From: the human T2T-CHM13v2.0 reference genome, Homo sapiens
Reading direction: 5' to 3' (one strand)
NCBI RefSeq assembly: GCF_009914755.1
Contig: NC_060937.1
Length of the DNA stretch: 64,000 bases
This document shows, one piece after another, positions 1-14,890 of the stretch (its first letter is position 1; each line of letters starts with the position of its first letter). Position numbers and translations under genes: made by a program. The notes under the pieces were generated by a model. That model saw only the letters and a program-made list of their open reading frames with translations. It had not been told where the DNA came from and ran no database searches.

Positions 1-264
1 CTATTGAAGTCTTTTCCTCAGTGATCTGGTCTAATTTACTACGTCAGTCCTGGGACCCTCTGCTCCAGAACCCAAAGTTTTTTTTTCAGGGGAGATTGGT
101 CTTATCATTTTCACTTCTAGGTTTTGTTCACACAACTCACTAAAAGTTTGAGTCCTGTTTTTCATTCAGAGAGGGAAGCTCAGGTCTTTCACCTTTTCAG
201 TGGGAGCCACCTCTGCTTATCTCAGTATACTGGAAATGCTCCCTTCAATTCAGTAGTGCTGAAA

Positions 265-265
<1 letters not shown>

Positions 266-300
<35 letters not shown>

Positions 301-420
301 ATATATGCAGACACACATATACACACAGACACAGACTCACATGCAGACACACACAGATACACACACATACACACAGACATACACAGACACACATATAGAC
401 ACACACAGACACACAGATAC

Positions 421-451
<31 letters not shown>

Positions 452-452
452 T
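266..452. repeat. Compound (CA)n microsatellite with degenerate CAGA/CATA interior
   Basis: Pure CA runs at both ends and interrupted CA in the middle; source of the HTHT/CVCV ORFs. Confidence 0.95.
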
Positions 453-499
453 ACAAATTCTTGACTCCTGAATAGGCTGGGAATTCCTTCAGAGTAGGG

Positions 500-800
500 A
501 AGAGTGTCACATACCAATTTTTGTACCCCATAATATCTAGTAAAGTGTCCTGATAGGTATTAATTTGAGGTTTGTTAACTGATTAATGAATTAATTGGTT
601 AGTGTGGATAAGGAAGTGGTAATGGATATAATTAGAGAGGTGATAACAGGAACTTATCACTGTTGATGGGCACTGGGGAGTTGGTAATGGCTGTAATTAG
701 AGACCTTTGAACAGGAGCATATCAGAAGAGGGATATTGATGGGAAGATGAAGCCACAGGAGAGGAGTGACAAGAGAGAAGGTATTGGGACTGAAGGGCTG
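500..800. mobile_element. Old L2 fragments
   Basis: L2-like 3' end (tttgtaccccata...gtttgttaactgattaatgaa) followed by a purine-rich L2-like stretch. Confidence 0.4.
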
Positions 801-1601
801 AAGGAATATCCCACCAGTGGCGCAGGGCTTTGTGGTTTGGGAATTTGTCTCCGACAAACCTAAGAGTAGTAAAATACATGGTGGTTTGCACAAAATTTGT
901 TTCTTTCCTCACGTCTTAGTCGCTTTAACATCCTTCAGTTATACTCCATCAAGATTTCCGGGCGTTTTCTTTTCCTCCCCTGAAGAGTATTCTACCTCCT
1001 GGTTTCCAGACTCAGAGTGTTAATTTTTAATATAAGGGAGATAGAAATGGACAGTATAAACAGCTACAATCTAAAAATCTTCATTTTAAGCATACTTATC
1101 AAGAATGAAAACAGGAAAATTTGAATATGAAACTATCACTAATTTAAAATACGTTGATTATTCAATGTTTATTTTCAGCTGCATAGGGAAGACATCAAAG
1201 TAATTAAAATGATGTGGAGACTGGGAGGGTGCAGAAGGAGGCTGGACCTTCCTTCTATTGGGAGTCTTAACAGAAGAGTTTCCTTGCCTTTTGTACCTTA
1301 CTGCTTTTCCCCCCTAATTGAAAAGACCAATCTTTGTTACTATTGAACATCATTCTATTTTTAACTCTGACTCATAGGGGACATTTGAAACTGTGTCCAG
1401 CCCTCTACACCCTTCAAGTTGATGTCAATACAAACTTAATACACATTTATTTGTTTTCTCATCATCCAAGACACCATTCAAAATGTCAGCTGTGTCAGGT
1501 CCTGAAATGGACCTTAGCAGACAGATAACTGTCTCAGAGTTATGCCCATCTGTCTTGCCTCTATAGGCAGACAGCATCTGAATGTGCCCCAATCTTGGTA
1601 G

Positions 1602-1985
<384 letters not shown>

Positions 1986-2083
1986 AGGATTGTTATTTAT
2001 CATTTAACCTCATGCAATGTTAATTTGTAGCTTGTGAACTAAATAGCTCATCAATCCAAATTATGAACTACTTAGGACTCTGT

Positions 2084-2250
2084 CTTTTGTTGTTGTTTGT
2101 TTTTGAGATGATGTCTCACTACATTGCCCAGGATGGTTTTGAACTCCTGTGCTCAAGAAATTCTCCTGTCTCAGCATCCCAAGTAGCTGAGATTACACAC
2201 AGCTCAGTCTCAAGTAGCCGAGGTTACAGGCATGCACTACTGCACCCAGT
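2084..2250 (-). mobile_element. FLAM/AluJ monomer with small internal duplication
   Basis: tttgagatgatgtctcact...gaactcctgtgctcaag...; caagtagc..gag.ttaca occurs twice. Confidence 0.8.
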
Positions 2251-2334
2251 TCTATTTAGGCCTCTTTAAGGTTGATGTAAGATATGTTGAACTTATTAAC
2301 TATCTATATAAGACATGGATGGATGTATAAACTA

Positions 2335-2500
2335 TGAGACCTTAAGTCAAGTTATTTAGCCCCTCAGATTCTCATCTATAAAGTGGAGATAACAATAGCA
2401 CTTACCTCATAAAATTGTAATGAGGATTAAGTTGGATAATATGTGAGCTTAGAACAGTCATTTATATAATGAATACTATATAAGTTTTAACTATTATTAT
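2335..2500 (+). mobile_element. MIR
   Basis: MIR core ctcatctataaagtggagataacaatagcacttacctcata...gaggattaa. Confidence 0.8.
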
Positions 2501-2549
2501 TAAGTGCTTTAGAATGATTAATAATATGGCTGATCAGTTTTAGGTCTGT

Positions 2550-3370
2550 ATTTAGTTGTGGCATAATTTAATTTTAAGTGTGCAGCTTTATGACTTTTGA
2601 AAACTGTATACATCTATGTACTCCACACCTCTATCAAGAAATAGAACATTTGCATTGCCTCAATAAGTTCCTCGTGCCTCTTTGCAGTCAATACACTGTC
2701 CCCAGAGAAAACCATTTTTCTTATTTATATCACCAAAGATTTCTTCTCCCTGCTGTAGTAGAGCTTCAGATGAATGGAATCATAAAGTGCATGTTCTTTT
2801 GTGTCGTGCTTTTATTTGGAAATATATTTTCGACATTCACTCATGTGGTTGTGTCAGTAGTTTAATCCTTTTCATTGCTGAGTGGTGTTCCATTATATGA
2901 CTGTACAATTTGTTTATCCATTCTCCTGTTGATGAACATGTAGATTGTTTGCAGTTGGGGCTTTTATGAAGAAAATTGCAATACATATTTTTATATACAC
3001 CATTTTGAGGATATATGTTTCCTTTCGCTTGGGTAACACCTAGGAGTAGAATCACTGGCGTGTAGGATAGCTTTGAAAGAAACAGTATAACAGTTTTCAA
3101 AATGGTTTTAACATTTTATATTCTCACCAGTAATGTATGAGATTCCCAGTTGTTTCATGTTCCCCCTGATCCCCGTCTTTGTAACTTTTGCTGTTCTAGT
3201 GGACATGAAGAGGATCTCATCATAGCTTTCATTTCCATTTCCCTGTTAACTAAAGATGTACTTCTTTTTATGTGCTTATTGGCCCTGCAAACATCTTTGT
3301 TTGTGAAGTGTCGGTTCATCTTTTGCTAATTTTTAATTGATTCATTTTTATTATTGATTATTTTTATGTG
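2550..3370 (-). mobile_element. Old L1M (L1MC/ME-like) 3' region
   Basis: tttatccattctcctgttgatgaacatgtagattgtttgcag...ttctcaccagtaatgtatgagattccc...gtgcttattggcc. Confidence 0.85.
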
Positions 3371-4908
3371 ACTTGAGTACTTACATAACAATGAAGTTAT
3401 TTATGTATGTACAGCCCATTTATGACATATGATTCCATTTGTCACTGGAAGGAAGTCACTGCCAAAATGGTTAACCTATCCTCAAATAGACTCAGTAAAG
3501 TGCCAGTACCTTGGTTTCAGAGTTTTACACCACAATCAGAGCCAGAGCAGGTGTTGCTGCCATCTGAGAGTGATCATCATTTGCAGATGCTGCATATGGT
3601 ATCTCCAGTAACTCAGATCCCACATTATGTAGTTCTGAACATTTTTACACTTTTGTGACTTAATCATTTCCTTCCTATACTTGTTTTAATTTGTCTCTTC
3701 AAGAAGAAAAAAAAATCCCCGTGAGAATAATTAGCTTTTATGAATTGGTTATTTGAAGCAACTATTTGTTTCCTTAGGTGGAGGAGAGCAACTGTATGTT
3801 TTCGGGGGACAGGTTGGGGGAAGGCTCCATCTTCTATGTACAACAATATAGCTGTGAAACTTCAATGCTTTCATTAGCGTGTATCAGGGTCATTACAGTA
3901 GTGACAGCTAAGAAATGTTAATACATACTTGGAAAATGTGTTTGTTAATGGTTCTTAGGCAAAGACTGTGACAGAGCTGTCCCTAATTCCATAAACATAA
4001 GGCATATTAATCCCTTTAGTTGACAGGTGCTTAAATGGGCAGATTGGATGAGTAATTGGGTTGTTCTCCTAATCCTTAGCTTTGAATATAAATGAGAAAT
4101 GTCTCCATATTTTTATTTGTCTTTAGTAATGTCTTCTAATTGATTTATTTTAAAATGAACTGTTTCTGTAGAATAGTGATTTCTTTTAGCATCTGTTGTT
4201 CATGTAAGAGGAGTTGCAATTATAAAACATTTATAAAAGTCCATACGTTTTAACACTCAACCATTTTTCCAAATCCCATGTAGAAGACTGGGGAAGTTAT
4301 CCCCCAGTTAATTCATTTTAAATCACATTTTAGTTTTGGAGAAAAAAGCCCACTATTCCCTAGGAATAAGATGGATTTCTTTGGAGGATGTTCAGTGCCT
4401 TATATGCCCGTAGGACACAATTTAGTGCAATACTGTATGACCCAAAATTGTTAAGGTAGTTGCCTAAAGAGCCTAATGTATTCTCAAGAGGCAGATCCTG
4501 TCCTGGAAAGACCTGGCTGAATATTCCTCTCTACCTGATGACAGTGAGCAAAATTACTTAACATTTTAAAGAGTGGGCTGACATATTTCTGAACCTTTTG
4601 TTGCAGACTCTCACCTGTCATTGTGATGAAGGATTAGGGAAAAATGTTAGAGTGAGAGTCATGGCAGGAGAGGAATAGAAGACATTTTGTAGAGCGATAT
4701 AGGAAGGAAAGTTTGGAAGGAAAAGTCTGGGAGTTGTAGGGCACCAAATAGGGCCAATAAGCCAAGAAGTTGGCAAAAGGCCAATACCTTAAAAGCAGCA
4801 AAAACTTCACACTAATCCACAGTAAATCAGAGGACAGTGGTGAGCTGGGGGAAATTAGATCAGATAATAGAATTCTGTGCTAGAAATCCAAAGAAACGCA
4901 AGGGCAGG

Positions 4909-5279
4909 TGATATGGTTTGGCTGTGTCCCCACCCAAATCTCGTCTTGAATTGTAACTCCCACAATAGCCACATATAATGGGAGGAACCCAGTGGGAGGT
5001 GATTGAATTATGGGGGCGGATCTTTCCTGCGTTGTGCTGGTGATAGTGAATGAGTCTCACGAGATCTGATGGTTTTAAAAACGGGAGTTTCTCTGCACAA
5101 GTTCTCCCTTTGCCTGCCACCATCCGCATTAAGATGTGACTTTTTCCTCCTTGCCTCCCACCATGATTGTGAGGCCTTCCCAGCCAAGTGGAGCTGTGAG
5201 TCCAATTAAACCTCTTTCTTTTGTAAATTGCCCAGTCTCAGGTATGTGTTTATCAGCAGCATGAAAACGGACTAATACA
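4909..5279 (+). mobile_element. THE1 (THE1B-like) solo LTR, MaLR
   Basis: Starts tgatatggtttggctgtgtccccacccaaatctc and ends ggactaataca; perfect 5-bp TSD gcagg. Confidence 0.95.
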
Positions 5280-5559
5280 GCAGGGGATCACCAGAGTAGC
5301 CAAAGTTTGCATGTTTATTTTTTATTTTCCTCAAGTTTAGAGTTAGTTCTGTATTTTATGTCCGTATATGCCATCATTTGTACAAATATTTGAGAACTTA
5401 GTTCATATAGACATGTAAATTTTTCATTTGTTAGCCTATTGAATGTTAACAAATGTTAATTTTGTGGCAGGTTGAACAATATGAATATACTGCTACATAT
5501 GGAAATATGGTATTACCATGTTTGGTCATGATTGATGGGAAGGCCTGGAAGGAAAGGTC

Positions 5560-5645
5560 CTTATCTGTTCATTTTTGTACCTTCTGCATCTAACACCATG
5601 CCTTATTTCTCATAGGTACACAAGGAATATCAGTGAATGGAATAA
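5560..5645 (+). mobile_element. L2 3' fragment
   Basis: cttatctgttcatttttgtacc...ggtacacaaggaatatcagtgaatggaat. Confidence 0.45.
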
Positions 5646-7409
5646 AATCAGATTCAGGAGCTTTCTATCTGACATGAGTACTGAATAATTATCTTTCTTG
5701 ATAGAGTGCTACAAACACTTTTTCTTAAATATTAAGCGCATCCTATATTTTCTATATTTTTTGCTGATATAAAATACCCTTCTTATGCAAAAAGATTACC
5801 TATAGCATAGCAGAGCAAGAATCTTTGGAATGATTGTTTTCCTTGGTGCAAAAGGCCTGCCAGTGCAAAAAAGGACAGGTTTGCAAGAACAGTAGATTTC
5901 GGAGGATTGTTTACATTTCCTTGCAAGTGCCTTTGGTGTGGTCTTTGGTTTCTTTTTAAGGAGTCATTCAAATTCATAAAATTTCAGAGGTGAGTTTTGA
6001 GCCAATTTGCTCCCCTCCCCTGTCCCACAAGAAAGGGAAATTCAGAGATTTGGAAAGTTAGAACAATAGGAAATAAAATTCTCACCTTTTTCCATTAAGA
6101 CTTTGGAGAATGCTTTTTATTCTAATTCACTTTTCAGCTGTGTGATTAATGTAGTTTCCTTGAAATTTGTAATCTTTTTATGCTAGGTACCACAACTGTT
6201 TAAGGATCTGGAATACTAATGAAATTAAAATGTTGTATGTATTTTGGATTAGTTCGGTTTAATTACAGTCTCAGCATTTTCTAATCAGTTTTATATTTTT
6301 ATTCAGACATTATTCTGCTATCACATACAGACAATTATGACAGCTCCTTAATTATGAAAACAATGTAAAATCATTCAACTAACACTTTGAAGAGAATATA
6401 AGACTTATACCATAATTCTTAGGCTCAGTGGTACCGATTTCTTTGTTCTCAAATACTAGTGAGTACAACCATTACCTATTTTTGTGCGTTTTGCTTAGTG
6501 TCATACAATTACAGTACTTGGTTTGTTTTCGTGGCTGTGAAAATACCAGTGCTATTCATTAGCTATAAACTGAACACTGAAGTGCTGTATGTATTCATCT
6601 TGCATTGGAACTTTGGAATTAGCAGAATGTTTTAGCTATCATTTGCATTTCACAACCAGGGAGCTGTTCAGCTTAGACAAATCTAACAGCAAGGTAGGAA
6701 TTGCGCTATATTTATTCTCAATTTTTCTTGGAATGGCTTGATTTCTAAAAATGCAGTTAGTGTTCTTTTTAGGTAACAAGAATTGTAAAATGTAAAAGAG
6801 CAACAGTGGCAACTCATTTAAACACAGTGTGGCTTAAATAGGGGTGGGGAGAATGCAGATCTTTAAGTTAGATAGAGGTTTATATCAGGTATTTTGTCTT
6901 CTGTCAGAAGTTACTCTAAGGAGATTTTGATGTGACACAGTTCATATGTGTCAGACAAAAATGTATAGGAAGTCCCCTGTGTTCTCTTTCCATAATGACC
7001 CATTTGATCAACTTTTATTAAACATTTTTTTGTAGACAAGATACATATACAACTGTACATTTGGAATATAATTTAATGTTTTTAATGGACGTTGCATCCT
7101 GATGGTCATTCTATAATTCAGCTTCTAGATATTTGTATTAACATCTTATAATGCAGTGATTTATAAAAAGTTATATCATTTTACGGGATTTGACTTTAAA
7201 TCCTGGGAATATCTTTGAAATGAATGTATTTGTTAATATTAAAACTTAATGCAATGATCTGTTAATGTTGAAACTTAAAGTATTCTTTGCGAAATTTTAA
7301 GTTCAAAAGGGGAGAGCTATTTATAAAGTTTCTGTCAGTTTGATCTTATAATATATAAGCCATAATTCATCCCTTCAGTGGTCAATGATTCTTACATCCT
7401 TATATAGTT

Positions 7410-7640
7410 CTTCAGGCAGTACGTGGTATTGGTTAAGACCTTAAACTTGGCTCTTGGATAGACTGGGGTCATATCTGTGCTCAGCCATTCACTCCCTGTT
7501 TAACTTTACTAAGTCTTGGTTCTTTCACTGGTGAAATGGGGATAATAATAGTATCTACCTTATAGAGTTGTGGTGATTAAATGGGCAAGGCCATGCGATA
7601 TGCCTAATATTGGACACATATTAGGGGCTCAATAGGTGTT
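7410..7640 (+). mobile_element. MIR
   Basis: gaaatggggataataatagtatctaccttatagagttgtggtgattaaatg. Confidence 0.85.
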
Positions 7641-8052
7641 CACCTGGTTAGATAGGTTGTATTCACATTGATACTTTCTTAAATGTGTCCCTCAGTGAAG
7701 TGCCAATTACTTAAATCAGTAGATAAGATTTTGATAACCTAGCAAGATCAAAGCACTGTGTTGGGTGCTGTGGGACATGTAAAGCAGAATATGAAATTGT
7801 CCTCGTCCATGGAGAATTTACATTACAATTATAGATGGGGAAGTAACACTTGAATATTTGAAAAGTTTGAGAATAATTTTAAGTAAAATAACAAGGGAAA
7901 TGCTAAAAGAAAAGGATAGAAAAAGATTGTTAAGTAAATGATGGGAATAATACAAGTCTCAGAAGTTAAATAAAATGTCAAGGCTCAGGATTCAGGGAAG
8001 ATTTGGTTACAACTCCAAACTCCCATATTGATAATATTCAGGATTTTTAGCG

Positions 8053-8348
8053 TTATTATTATTATTATTTTGAGACAGTGTCTTGCTGTGTTGCCAGGCT
8101 GGAGTGCAGTGGCACGATCTCGGCTCACTGCAACCTCCGCCCCTGGGTTCAAGCAATTCTCCAGCCTCAGCCTCCCAAGTAGCTGGGACTATATGTGTGC
8201 ACCACCATGCCCAGCTAATTTTTGCATTTTTAGTAGAGATGGGGTTTCATCATGTTGGCCAGGATGGTCTCAATCTCTTGACCTCGTGATCTGCCCCCCT
8301 CGACCTCCCAAAGTGCTGGGATTACAAGTATGAGCCACCATGCCTAGC
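8053..8348 (-). mobile_element. AluSc-like
   Basis: Diagnostic tgttgccaggctgg and ggccaggatggtctcaatctcttgacctcgtgatc; (TTA)n tail. Confidence 0.95.
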
Positions 8349-8753
8349 ATGCATTATTTTTAATACTGATAATGGAAAGTATGATCAATTCCCCTCCCCC
8401 AATATTCCCATTTCAAAGTAGATGGTGTGTTAATATAGTGCAACATATGAGTCCAGTGGCAATGGCTCACAAAAATGCATGAAAAATATTCTCCAAACTG
8501 GAGCACATTGCACAGATATGTAGCTAAAATATAAGCTACAATATGGTAGCTTTACTTAACTAACATATAATAAATGAAAATAGAAGATGAGCATCATTTG
8601 CACATATTTGTTGTTGAATAGGCAGTGTGTTTGCCAGGAATACAAAGAGAAAGAAGATGTAGCTCTGATCCTGAGAAGAAGATAGTCAGATGGGGGTGAG
8701 TGACAGTTAGGCCTACAGATGAACACAGAAGCAAGACAAAAATATGCTAATCA

Positions 8754-9063
8754 GGTCAGGCGTGGTGGCTCATGCCTGTAATCTCAGCACTTTGGGAGAC
8801 CGAGGCGGGTGGATCACCTGAGGTCAGGAGTTTGAGACTAGCCTGGCCAACATGGTGAAACCCCGTCTTACTAAAAATACAAAAATTAGCCAGGCATGGT
8901 GGTGGGGGCCTGTAATCCCAGCTACTCAGGAGGCTGAGGCAGGGAGAATCGCTTGAACCTGGGAAGTGGAGGTTGCAGTGAGCCGAGATGGTGCCACTGC
9001 ACTCCAGCTTTGGTGACAGAGTGAGACTCCGTCTCAAAAAAAAAGAAAAGAAAAGAAAAGAAA
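8754..9063 (+). mobile_element. AluSx-like inserted in L2-like sequence
   Basis: ggatcacctgaggtcaggagtttgagac; A/(AAAAG)n tail. Confidence 0.95.
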
Positions 9064-9959
9064 ATACTGTAATCGAACATCGTGCAAATGTTCTGGGAGA
9101 CCAGAGGAATGTGCCATTTGAGTTATTAGAAAAAAAGAAATGAATAGAAACACCCAAGGGATTCTGAGTAAACAGTAATAACCTCTAATGGAGAAACTAG
9201 GGAAGACTTCATGAAAGAGAAGGTATTTGGCTGGATATTGAAAGAAGGTATTTGGCTGGATATGGAAGGGAGATTATCTCAGCAAATTCCCCAAATGTGT
9301 GATATTTGTCCATATCTGGCATGTGCAGGATCAAATTTGTATAAGAATCCTGGACAAAATAGTAGCATGCTACTCCATGCTGATAGCCAGTAGCTCTGTG
9401 TCCAGTCATATAGCAAGGGCTAATGAATATTTGGTTGAATAAAAATATTTCTTTTATATTGTACACAGCAGAAGCAAGCTGGGATTAGAGAAATTCTGTA
9501 TAATGCTGCTATTTTTCATTTATCTTCTTATTCCCTACAATGCCTTACACATGGTAGGTGCTGAAATATTTGTTAAACTTATGACTCCTGGGTGGGAAGA
9601 GTGTTGATAATGAAGCCTATGTTGGAAGTAAACATGCAAGAGTTTTCCCACGGCTGAGTGTCAGGTTATATGCTAAGTTTCAAAATGTGTTTGTCATTGT
9701 GGTGCTGGCAGAAGATATCAGTCAATACAATAAATATATAGGAACTTCTGTTTATCGAGTGCTTCTAACTTTCCATATGCTATGATAAGCATCTCATATG
9801 AATCATCTCTAATCTTAAAGCAGTCTGCAAGCGGATCTATCTATTTTGCAGATAATGGAATTAGACACCAAGAAGTGAACTGACTAATTCAAGGACACAA
9901 AATCTGTGAGGCCTGAAAATGAGCCACAAACAGAAAGCCCCTAAAAAGATCTGTTACAC

Positions 9960-10950
9960 CATATAAAACATCTTATGAAGCGTGGTCTTAAAAGCAAGCT
10001 TGAAAAGAAAGATTTAGTCAATAAGTGAGACTGAAATAAATTTTAGTGGGAAAAAAGTTATATTCCTACCCCGAGCAGTATGCCAGTATAAATGCCAGGT
10101 GGATTACAGAGTTAAATAAAATAAAAAGAAATAATAAAAGTACTATAAGGATAATATCTTCCTCACATTCATATGGAGAAAGACATTCTATATATAAAAT
10201 CGTGAAAGGAACAACAATGAAAATAATGATAGTTTTGACTACGCAAATATTTACAGCTTCCATAAAGCAAAAGAATCAAGACGCTACGCACAAAGTTGAA
10301 AAGCAAATGGCAAACTCTGTAGAACACTTAGACAATACACATCAAAAGGTTAAGATCCATGATATAATGTTACACAATATGATAATAATATAATAATGAA
10401 GTTTTTATAAATCAATAGGAAAAATACAAATTATGTAATTAAAATAGGCAGAGGAAATGAACAAGCAATTTTCCAAGGAAATACAATTGACAACAAGCAT
10501 GTATAGCCTCACTGATATTCAAAGAAATAAGAAGTAAAGCCATAATGAGATATCTTATATTATCTATCAAACTGATATGAATTAAAAAAAATACTTTGTC
10601 CTGGTGAGAAATTGTGAAAACAACAACAATACCACTCTAATATACTGTTTATTTGTTGGAGTGCTACCCCCAAGAGTGAAACATTGAAAAAAAGTAAATG
10701 TCTATAATAGGGTAGTATAAAAATATGGTTTGTTAACCATAATTATTGTTAGCCAAATTATTCCAGTTGCATTCAATGTAATATTAGTTAACCATATTTA
10801 AATATAGTATTCAATGATACAGAAAGCACCTACTAGCATTATTTTAAATAAACAATACTTATGCAGAGAATATCACTTTGTCAAAATTGGAATACAGATA
10901 AATAACAAGACTGGAAGCAAATACATCTAAATGCCAGTCATGGTGTCTAA
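9960..10950 (+). mobile_element. Highly diverged L1M (L1ME-like) ORF2 end / 3' region
   Basis: A-rich; aggtggattacagagttaaataaa, gaggaaatgaacaagcaattttcca, cctcactgatattcaaagaaat...ataatgagatatc. Confidence 0.65.
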
Positions 10951-11499
10951 CTCTAGTTACGTTATGGAGGGTATATTTTCCAAATTCCCTACACTTTAGA
11001 AGTGATAAAATAGAAATCTTTAAAAATAATGAGAGAATGCTTTGCTACACAGCTTGAAATTATATGTTAACCCTGGAGCTCATAGCCAGGAATGAGGATG
11101 GTAAATTTCCAGTTTAAAGTTCTTTGACCTCACCATCACAGCCCCACAAACCATTATTGGTGGGATTTGGGTGAAAAAAGTAACCAGTGAAGACCACCTA
11201 GGGTTCAAAATATGTATTTAAAATGATTTATGTGTTGAAGATTTAGATCAATTTTAGGATTTAATGAATAAAAGACAAAGATTTTATTTGGAGAGGAAAG
11301 GAATAACCTCTTAGCCACCCCCACAGTCCCCCATTCCATCATGATGGCTTCTGAGTGATCTTGACCAACGAGGAAGCTGCTTCTCCAGGGCCCACACTGG
11401 CAGCCTGGGAACAGGTGGCTGCAGAGGAGAGAGCATCAAAGCCACACAGAGGAGCCAGAGAGTTCTCATGGGAAATATTTTGGGGCTTACATAGGCTGA

Positions 11500-12810
<1,311 letters not shown>

Positions 12811-14439
12811 GGATCTCTTTCTTCCAGTACTTTGTAGGCGCTCAGTAGAAACATCTCCAACTCAATTTGAAATGAAAAGGTTTTAAAGGAAATAAATTCA
12901 ATTAAAACCCACAAATTTCCATGTTAGAATACATGTTTGCATATACAGTATATTATATATATATATTTATATATAAAAACATATATAAGCCTTGGGCATA
13001 GTGAGTAATCAATATTTATTGAATGAACAATTGAAGAGAAAGAAGAAAGAATGCAATATAAAGGGACCTTTGTGTGATGTCCCTTCTTTCCACTTTTTCT
13101 CAAATCCCCTTCTTCCTGTGTTACTTTCTATCTACTCCCAAGAGTAAAAATGGACTGCCTTTGTTTCAGGCCTGAGAGCATGCCCATCAAGCACCATAGA
13201 CACCTGCTATGTGAGCACATTCTTACTTGAATTGCCTTTTTGAAGGGATGCTTTCTGTATTTCACTGTCATTATCACATGACATAGTTCTTTTAATTCGA
13301 TTTTGAGATAGCAGCTTCAGACTTGATAATGTTTCATACTGCCATGAGTATTATTTATTGATTAGATAGATTGTTTCTTGAGTTTGTGAGTAACAGTACC
13401 TTGAACACTTAAAATAATCTGGAAATAAAGTGAATGGGTATAAACAGTATAAAACTGAACAGACTAAAGCAAATTATTTTATCTTTAGAATGAGCGGAAA
13501 ATAACTAGTACAGTTTTGGAGTGAAGATATTTCAGTAAACATATGGTCAGAAAAGAAATTGGGGGTAGAAGAAATAGAAAACTAATGCAAATTAGTTAAG
13601 ACTTTTCGAACGATTAACTTTGCAAAATATTAAGATTGAGAATTTGTAGAGGATACTGAAGCAAAACAATTTTTAGAAGAAGTCTTCACTATTCAATTTC
13701 AACAGCATTCAGGTATTGACTACATGTTTTGTTTTACTTGCCAGATCCATCTTGAATTTGCTTATAAATAGCTATGGTTGTGAGAATAACATATTTGATG
13801 GACATTTAAGGCTTGAATGCCTATCGTGAAAATGATTATGATTTGTGTTTTGGATCTAAATCTGTCTCTGAATTTACAGACATCATTAGTCTGGAACCTG
13901 ATGACACCTAATATAATTGTCCTGTAAATACCTTTGATTGCTGCTGCTATTTAGCATTTGACCTCAAAATCCGTGGTGGAATTCCTTTCTTCCTATAGTT
14001 TTTGGTGAGATGAAAAATAGATTGTTAGCACTTAGGTTTCAATTCTGAATGCATTTCATGTTTGCAATTATGTTAAACACAAGCAACAAAGTGTTACATA
14101 AATTAAACTGGACAATAGCCAAATTCCTTTCAGAAATGACAAAGTCAAAAATGAGAGAAAGCCTTTCAGTGTTCTTTTAAACCTACATGGTGAGTTTTGC
14201 TGACTTTGTTACAGTTCTTAAGTTCTCAGCTAATGGCCTTGGTTAGTGAAGGCTTTAAGAAATAGGGTATTTTGATAGTGTGTATTAAGGAGATCTATTT
14301 TAAAAGAATAAAAATTTCACCTAGGCCAGGCCTTCAGAGAGAAAATTCATTTCATTGTGGTTTACTAAGTATTAAATAAAGCAATTAAGAAATGATGTTA
14401 TTCATATTATTCCTCAGCCAATTAGAATAATTGAATTTT

Positions 14440-14890
<451 letters not shown>

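Noticed and set aside
124-531. His/Thr- and Cys/Val-rich ORFs
   Set aside because: Translations of the CA/TG microsatellite
811-826. CTCF-like ccaccagtggcgc
   Set aside because: Core spacing is one base short of the CCASYAGRKGGC consensus
6660-6693. Possible 34-nt microexon (ccag|GGAGC...AAG|gtagga)
   Set aside because: Poor polypyrimidine tract, frameshifting length, no other support
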